Source: an uncultured bacterium
GTDB taxonomy: Bacteria > Hydrothermota > Tepidihabitantia > Tepidihabitantales > DTDR01
Reading direction: 5' to 3'
NCBI GenBank assembly: GCA_938040315.1
Contig: CALHQW010000004.1
Span: forward strand, 32,700 to 96,699
Length of the DNA stretch: 64,000 nt
The notes beneath the pieces are model-generated. The model saw only the letters and a list, made by a program, of their open reading frames with translations, had not been told where the DNA came from and ran no database searches. A program made the position numbers and the translations under genes. Positions 57,875-64,000 of the stretch are shown here, piece after piece (positions within the stretch are counted from its first letter, which is position 1; every line of letters begins with the position of its first letter).

Positions 57875-60348
57875 ATTTTCTTTTAACAATCTTAATAATT
57901 TTTTATTTTGGACAAGGAATAAAAGATTCAATTATTAGAAATGATTTTTTAATTAATGACGATGATATTGGTGGTGCTATTCAAGAAATTCCTAAAGGTG
58001 CTTCTTATGGTGGGAAAATAGCAATTACTTTTGGTGATTTTCGAGATGGTAATTGTTCACCTTATTTTTTAATTCTTAACTTAAATGGTGAAAGATTAAT
58101 TGAGGAGAAAAGAATCAGCGACGATGGTGGATTAAGATGGAAAGGTGAACCTGCCGTTGCTTTTTTTAATAACCGAATTGTAATTAGTTGGGAAGATAGA
58201 AGAAATTGTAATTCTGATATTTATTATCAGGTTTATGATTCCTTGGGAAATGAAATTTCTAATAACCGAAAGGCAAACGATGATAATACTCAAAAAGACC
58301 AAAGAGGAGTATCAATAGCCTTCTTACCCGACAGAAAATTTGTAATTGTTTGGGAAGATTGGCGAAATGATTACGGTGATATTTATGCCCAAATCTTCGA
58401 TGAAAACGGCAATAAAATTGGTAATAATTTTCGAGTTAATGATGACCCTATTGGATTTGCTTGGCAATATTCGGCACATATTGGTGTAAAAACTAACGGA
58501 GAGTTTATTGTTGTTTGGGAAGATGGTAGAAACGGCAACTGGGATATTTATTGCCAAATCTTTGATTTTAATGGAAATCCTATCGGTAGTAATTTTAAGA
58601 TTAATGATGATAATACTCCTTCTTGGCAATTTTCTCCACGAATTTATGTTAATAAAAATAATTATTGGTTAGTTGTATGGGAAGATGAAAGAAACAATAA
58701 TTGGGATATTTATGGTCAAATTTTCGATTCTTTAAATAGAAGGGTAGGTAGCAATTTTATTATCAATGATGATAATACTTCGAGTAACCAAAATTTACCA
58801 AGTTGTGCAGCTGATACTTTTGGTAACTTTATTATTACCTTTGTTTGTAATCGAAGGAGCAATCCCGATATTTACAAACAAAGAATAACCCAAGAAGGAA
58901 TAAGGATTGGAAATAATGAATTAGTAAATGATGATGCTTCTAACTCTCTTCAAACTTCACCTTGGGTAGTTTATCTTTCTAATAACCATCATCTAATTGT
59001 GTGGCAAGATAAAAGAGAAGGAAATTATGATATTTTTGCCCAATTTTATGATGGAAATAATATAAAAATCGGTAACAATTTTAAAATCAATAGTGATATA
59101 TTTTCCTCTCACCAAAGGTGCCCATTTATTTCCGCAAATCAGGAATTCTTCGGAGTCTGTTGGGAAGATGAACGTGAAGAAAATTGTCATATCTATGCTA
59201 CCTTTTTTGATACATTAGGGAATTTTTTAACCACTAATAAGAAAATCAGTGAAAGTAATTATAACTTTTTTCCTTGTTTAGCAATTAATTCTTATAACAA
59301 AGCCATTATAAGTTGGGTAACTGTAAGAGGAGCAGATACTGATATCTATGGCCAAATAATAACTCCTTTCGGGAATGTAATCGGTAATAATTTTAAAATA
59401 AATGATGATACCAATAACAGTTTTCAAGATTGGCCTATTGTGGCAAGTTCTCAAGATGAAAAATTTTTAGTAATTTGGACCGATTACCGTGAAGGAAGAG
59501 GAAAAATTTATGGGCAATTTATCGATTCTCTCGGCAACAAAATTGGGAATAATTTTAAAATAAGTGACAATAATGAAGGAAATGCTTTGTATGGATTTGT
59601 AACTTTTGCTTTTACCATTCCAATATATGTTTGGATGGATAACCGATTAGGTGAGTATAATATTTATTTAAAAATTGATAATAACCCAAGTATTTTGGTA
59701 AACGAAGAAACAAATGGTTTTCAAGGTTATCCTACTTGTGCCTTTAAAGATTCAATAATTGTGGTTAGTTGGGAAGATGAAAAAAATGGAAATACTGATA
59801 TTTATTGCCAAATTTTTAAAATTAATGGTGAACGGGTCGGTAGAAATATCTTAGTAAATGACGATAATACTAACTATGATCAATACTCACCTTCCGTCAC
59901 TTTTACTAACGATGGTGAATTTATTATTACCTTTTCTGATTTTAGAAAAGGATACGGCGATGTCGACATTTATGCTCAGAGATTTGATTATTATGGCAAT
60001 AAGATTGGTAATAATCGATTAGTTCATGTACCTGATTTGTTTTTTGGGAATAACCAATGGACGTTATCCCAAAGTGTTTCAATAATAAATGATAATATTT
60101 CTTTTTGTTGGGTAGATAATAGAAGACATAAAGGTTGGGATATTTATGCAAAAATTGTAAAGAAGAATTATTTATTTTTACAAGAAAATAAGAAAACGGA
60201 AATTATTTCCCGATTAGATTTTCAAAAGAAAGAAATTTTTTCAATAATTGGAAAGGTTGATAAAAAAAATTTAAAAAGTGGTATCTATTTTATAAAAAAA
60301 GGTAAGGAGTTTAAAAAAGTTATTTATTTAAAAGGAGAAAAAAAATGA
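57871..60348 (+). CDS. Secreted beta-propeller repeat protein (~14 repeats) with short T9SS-like tail
   Basis: Repeats of VWED-x-R-NG-x-DIY-x-QIFD-xxG-N-x-IGNNFKINDD; C-terminal SGIYFIK. Confidence 0.75.
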   Translation: MNFLLTILIIFYFGQGIKDSIIRNDFLINDDDIGGAIQEIPKGASYGGKIAITFGDFRDGNCSPYFLILNLNGERLIEEKRISDDGGLRWKGEPAVAFFNNRIVISWEDRRNCNSDIYYQVYDSLGNEISNNRKANDDNTQKDQRGVSIAFLPDRKFVIVWEDWRNDYGDIYAQIFDENGNKIGNNFRVNDDPIGFAWQYSAHIGVKTNGEFIVVWEDGRNGNWDIYCQIFDFNGNPIGSNFKINDDNTPSWQFSPRIYVNKNNYWLVVWEDERNNNWDIYGQIFDSLNRRVGSNFIINDDNTSSNQNLPSCAADTFGNFIITFVCNRRSNPDIYKQRITQEGIRIGNNELVNDDASNSLQTSPWVVYLSNNHHLIVWQDKREGNYDIFAQFYDGNNIKIGNNFKINSDIFSSHQRCPFISANQEFFGVCWEDEREENCHIYATFFDTLGNFLTTNKKISESNYNFFPCLAINSYNKAIISWVTVRGADTDIYGQIITPFGNVIGNNFKINDDTNNSFQDWPIVASSQDEKFLVIWTDYREGRGKIYGQFIDSLGNKIGNNFKISDNNEGNALYGFVTFAFTIPIYVWMDNRLGEYNIYLKIDNNPSILVNEETNGFQGYPTCAFKDSIIVVSWEDEKNGNTDIYCQIFKINGERVGRNILVNDDNTNYDQYSPSVTFTNDGEFIITFSDFRKGYGDVDIYAQRFDYYGNKIGNNRLVHVPDLFFGNNQWTLSQSVSIINDNISFCWVDNRRHKGWDIYAKIVKKNYLFLQENKKTEIISRLDFQKKEIFSIIGKVDKKNLKSGIYFIKKGKEFKKVIYLKGEKK

Positions 60349-60938
60349 TTTTTCCTTTGGTTACTTATATTTTTAGTTTAAAATTTCAATTTTTTGCCTT
60401 ATCTTCATTAATCGTTCCTGGTAGCGGTGAATTATTTTTGAAAGAAAAGAAAGGTGAATATTTTATCTATCCTGACATATTATTTCTCTCTTTTTATAGG
60501 GTCTTTAATTTCTTAGCAAAAAGAGATAATCAAAACGCCAAAATTTTTGCCTGTCAGTATGCAAAAGCAAATTTTTCCCAAGAGGAAAAATATTTTAATC
60601 TTTTAGAAATTTATTCTTCTAACGAAGAATATAACGAAGACGTTTTAAGGGATGCACGAAATCTTTTTCCTGATGATCCAGAAAAACAGAAAGAGTATTG
60701 GAGGAAAAATGGTTATTTTGGTAATAATGCTTGGCATTGGGAAAATGATTCTTTAAGACTTAATTATTTTAGAAAAAGAAGAGAGGTAAGAAATAAAAAA
60801 ATGATTTCTTCTTTTTTTCTTTCTGGTTCGATTTTATTAAGGATTAGTTCTTTTTTCAACTGTTTATTTCTTAATAAAAATAAAAATCTCTCGTTAGAAT
60901 TTCTTCCTTGGGCTTTTAAAATAAGTTATAATTTTTAA
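60345..60938 (+). CDS. Hypothetical membrane-associated protein
   Basis: SSLIVPGSGELF (S-x-x-x-P-G-x-G motif) and a hydrophobic C-terminal segment. Confidence 0.55.
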   Translation: MIFPLVTYIFSLKFQFFALSSLIVPGSGELFLKEKKGEYFIYPDILFLSFYRVFNFLAKRDNQNAKIFACQYAKANFSQEEKYFNLLEIYSSNEEYNEDVLRDARNLFPDDPEKQKEYWRKNGYFGNNAWHWENDSLRLNYFRKRREVRNKKMISSFFLSGSILLRISSFFNCLFLNKNKNLSLEFLPWAFKISYNF

Positions 60939-60939
60939 T

Positions 60940-62523
60940 ATGGAAACTTTAAAAACCGATATTTTAGTCATTGGTAGTGGTATTGCTGGCTTGTGGTATG
61001 CCTATAAAATTGCTGATTTTGGTAGTGTTTTATTAATTACTAAAAAAGAGAGTAGCGAAAGTAATACCAATTATGCTCAAGGTGGAATTGCGGCAGCCAT
61101 TGGGGAAGATGATTCACCAATTATCCATTATGAAGATACAATCAAAGCAGGAGAAGGTTTAGCAAAAGAGAACGTTGTTAAAATTGTGTGTGAAGAGGGG
61201 CCGAGACTTGTTTATGAATTATATAATTTAGGTGTAGAATTTCTCACTTATTATAATTCTTTCGGTAAATTAAGATTTGAATTAGGAAGAGAAGGTGGCC
61301 ATTCGCGAAAAAGAATTGTTCACGCAAGAGATTATACCGGTTATGCAATTGAAAAAGTATTAATAAATAAAGTTAAGCAAAAGAATGTTAAAATAATAGA
61401 AAATTGTTTTCTTGTTGACTTATTAGTAAAAGATAACACCTGTTTTGGTGCCTATACTATATATCAAAAAGAAAAGAAATTTATAAAAATATTATCCCAT
61501 CTCACTTTACTAGCAACTGGTGGTTTAGGACAAATTTATCTTCATACAACTAACCCACCAATTGCTACCGGTGATGGAATTGCCATTGCTTTTGAAAAAG
61601 GAGCAAAAATAGCCAATATGGAGTTCATTCAATTTCATCCTACTTCTCTCTATGGCAGAAGAATTAATGGCCGTTCTTTTTTAATTTCGGAGGCAGTAAG
61701 AGGTGAAGGTGGAATTTTAAAAACCATTGATGGCAAAACGTTTATGGAAAAATATCATCCCTTAGGTTGTCTAGCTCCCAGAGATATAGTTGCCAGAGCA
61801 ATTGATAATGAATTAAAGGAAAGAAAAGAAAGTTACGTTTTGTTAGACCTCACCCATTTAAATCCTCAAAAAATAAAATCCCGTTTTCCTAGGATATATC
61901 AAACCTGTTTAGAATTTGGAATTGATATAACGAAAGAACCAATTCCAGTTGTACCGGCTGCTCATTATATCTGTGGTGGTATTTTGATAAATGAATACGG
62001 AGAAACTAGTATTAAAAATTTATTATCCGCTGGCGAGACTTCCTGCTCAGGAATGCACGGTGCTAATCGTTTGGCATCCAATTCTTTATTAGAATCGTTG
62101 GTATTCGCCGAAAGGGCATATTTAAGATCTCAGGAATTATTAAAAGGAAAAATAGAATTTAAAAATTTTAAATGGAAGATTAAAAATCTCATTGCGGAGA
62201 ATAAAAAGACGGAAGAATTGGTAAAGGAATTAAAGAAAATAATGTGGGACAAAGTAGGAATTGTTCGCAATGATAGAGATTTAAAACAGGCAATAGAAGA
62301 GTTGTATCAATTAAAAGAGGAGATTTATAAAATTTTAGAAAAAGGGATTAACATCTCTTCTTTAGAAGCAAAAAATATGATTATCAGTGGTTTATTAATT
62401 GCTTATTCAGCAAATGTCAGAAAAGAATCCCGAGGACTTCATTATAATATCGACCATCCAGAGAAAGACGATATCAATTTTAAGAAAGATACAATTTTAA
62501 CAAAAAATGAAATCTTTAGATAA
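60940..62523 (+). CDS. nadB: L-aspartate oxidase
   Basis: GSGIAG, YAQGGIAA, REGGHS, QFHPT, LISEAVRGEG, PAAHY, HGANRLASNSLLE, ESRGLH. Confidence 0.94.
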   Translation: METLKTDILVIGSGIAGLWYAYKIADFGSVLLITKKESSESNTNYAQGGIAAAIGEDDSPIIHYEDTIKAGEGLAKENVVKIVCEEGPRLVYELYNLGVEFLTYYNSFGKLRFELGREGGHSRKRIVHARDYTGYAIEKVLINKVKQKNVKIIENCFLVDLLVKDNTCFGAYTIYQKEKKFIKILSHLTLLATGGLGQIYLHTTNPPIATGDGIAIAFEKGAKIANMEFIQFHPTSLYGRRINGRSFLISEAVRGEGGILKTIDGKTFMEKYHPLGCLAPRDIVARAIDNELKERKESYVLLDLTHLNPQKIKSRFPRIYQTCLEFGIDITKEPIPVVPAAHYICGGILINEYGETSIKNLLSAGETSCSGMHGANRLASNSLLESLVFAERAYLRSQELLKGKIEFKNFKWKIKNLIAENKKTEELVKELKKIMWDKVGIVRNDRDLKQAIEELYQLKEEIYKILEKGINISSLEAKNMIISGLLIAYSANVRKESRGLHYNIDHPEKDDINFKKDTILTKNEIFR

Positions 62524-63400
62524 TTTAATTAAAGATTTTTATTATTATCTTTTATTAGAAAGGAAATTAAGTAAAACTTCTTCAGAATTTTATTTAAAGG
62601 ATACTCAAGAATTTTTAGATTGGATAAAAAAAGATTTAAATGAGATTTTTGAAGAAGATATAAAAAGATTTATCTCTCATTTAAGAGCAAAAAAAAGAAA
62701 CCCCTCCACAGTTGCCCGAAAACTTTCTTCATTAAGATCTTTTTTTTACTTCTTAAATAAAGAAGAAATAGTACCACAAAATCCTTTAGAAGATATTGAA
62801 ACTCCTAAGATAAAAAGGAAACTGCCCCAGGTATTAACTATTGGAGAAGTAGAGAAATTACTTAATACTATAGAAACAAAAAAGGACAACGAAAGTATTA
62901 GAGCAAAAGCAATGTTTGAATTGCTTTATGCAACTGGTATGAGAGTTTCAGAGGTTCTAAATTTAAAAATTAATGACTTAAACTTAGAAGAAGGATTTGT
63001 TAGAGTAATTGGTAAAAGAAATAAAGAAAGGATTGTTCCGATTGGTGAACCAGCCATATTAGCAATAAAAGAATATCTAAATTTTGTACGACCTTCCTTT
63101 TTGAATAAGAAAGATATATCAAATCCTTATCTCTTTTTAAACCAAAAAGGGGGGAAACTTACCCGTATGGGTTTTTGGAAGATCTTAAAAAGATATGTAA
63201 AATTAGCCGGTATTGAGAAAAAAATCACTCCTCACACTTTTCGTCACACCTTTGCGACCCATCTATTAGAAGGCGGTGCTAATTTACGAATTGTCCAAGA
63301 ATTATTGGGTCATTCCAATATTTCAACAACCCAAATCTATACTAAACTAAATAAAGAATATTTAAAACAAATCTATAACATTTTTCACCCAAGAAGATAG
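62507..63400 (+). CDS. xerD: Tyrosine recombinase XerD
   Basis: ELLYATGMRVSE, LTRMGFWKILK, TPHTFRHTFATHLLEGGANLR, TTQIYT, FHPR. Confidence 0.88.
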   Translation: MKSLDNLIKDFYYYLLLERKLSKTSSEFYLKDTQEFLDWIKKDLNEIFEEDIKRFISHLRAKKRNPSTVARKLSSLRSFFYFLNKEEIVPQNPLEDIETPKIKRKLPQVLTIGEVEKLLNTIETKKDNESIRAKAMFELLYATGMRVSEVLNLKINDLNLEEGFVRVIGKRNKERIVPIGEPAILAIKEYLNFVRPSFLNKKDISNPYLFLNQKGGKLTRMGFWKILKRYVKLAGIEKKITPHTFRHTFATHLLEGGANLRIVQELLGHSNISTTQIYTKLNKEYLKQIYNIFHPRR

Positions 63401-63401
63401 G

Positions 63402-64000
63402 ATGGGGAAAATCTGCCCCTATTTTAATAAATGTGGAGGTTGTGATTTACAAGATCTACCGTACGAAGAGCAGTTAAAAAGAAAAATAAATTTAGTGAAA
63501 GAATATTTAAATACTGATATTAATGAAGTATTTCCTTCTACTTATTTTCACTATCGCAACCGTATGGATTTTGCTTTTTTTAGAAATGGCATTGGTTTAA
63601 GAGAAAAAGGAAAATGGTATAAATTTGTTGATATTGAATATTGTTTAATTGCTAAAGAGAAGATAAATAATCTTTTAAAAGAAATAAGAGAATTTTTTAA
63701 AGAAGTTGATAGTTTTGATATCAAAAAACATCTCGGTACTTTTCGTTACGCAGTAATTAGAAGTTCTTTAAATTCTACTATTTCTATTGTTATTAACCAA
63801 AATAGTCCCTATAAAGAAAAAGCAATAGAACTAATTAAAAATTTTGCTTTTATAACTTCCGCTGATAATCTTTTAGTTTGTGAAGTACCTCCCAACACTG
63901 ATGTTAGTATAAGCGAAAATTATCATGTTATTAAAGGAATCGATTTACTATATACGAAAATAAAAGAAAAGGAGTTTTATTTTCATTCTCAGACATTTTT
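63402..64000 (+). CDS. RlmD/TrmA-family RNA (uracil-5)-methyltransferase, 3'-truncated by the window edge
   Basis: Translated by eye (absent from the ORF track): MGKICPYFNKCGGCDLQDLPYEEQLKRK...YRNRMDF...VDIEYC; no N-terminal TRAM domain. Confidence 0.82.
   Translation, partial: MGKICPYFNKCGGCDLQDLPYEEQLKRKINLVKEYLNTDINEVFPSTYFHYRNRMDFAFFRNGIGLREKGKWYKFVDIEYCLIAKEKINNLLKEIREFFKEVDSFDIKKHLGTFRYAVIRSSLNSTISIVINQNSPYKEKAIELIKNFAFITSADNLLVCEVPPNTDVSISENYHVIKGIDLLYTKIKEKEFYFHSQTF

Noticed and set aside
57950..60150. Recurring DNA words (TGGGAAGAT, GGTAATAATTTT) as a CRISPR-like array
   Set aside because: They are degenerate in-frame protein repeats, not identical repeats with spacers.

Overview
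AT-rich, very gene-dense chromosomal window from a diderm, probably anaerobic, peptide-fermenting and possibly thermophilic bacterium. Gene content and sorting-domain proteins are reminiscent of the WOR-3/FCB-adjacent lineages; this is inference only. Housekeeping content: kbl (partial), mreBCD-mrdA-rodA-rlmN, porCDAB-queH-UDG, ino1-tmk-ctpA, a tRNA nucleotidyltransferase, pdp, ispF, lpdA, xerC, xerD, phoH-ybeY-two CNNM genes, lnt, purN, tadA, nadB and a partial RlmD-like methyltransferase. It also holds nine tRNA genes, none with an encoded CCA, and six secreted proteins with T9SS/FlgD-like C-terminal tails. No CRISPR array, prophage or IS was seen. The most unusual items are: (1) a tightly coupled nine-gene Rrf2-led operon joining a stand-alone ThiN and an AIR-synthase-like enzyme to a Cys/His-rich envelope module (porin, degenerate FMN-binding protein, CxxxC lipoprotein, MacB-type ABC, DUF318 permease), with a pair of candidate operators; (2) a tRNA-Ser gene lying wholly inside the apparent 5' coding region of an M6 protease, within a tRNA-Arg(ACG)-tadA-tRNA-Ser unit; (3) tRNA-Arg(ACG)/TadA coexisting with tRNA-Arg(UCG); (4) a probable CC-only adding enzyme; (5) a subtilase with a ~340-aa propeller-like insertion in its catalytic domain; (6) recurrent leaderless promoters and ultra-short signal peptides. 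All calls come from reading motifs by eye; no database searches were run.
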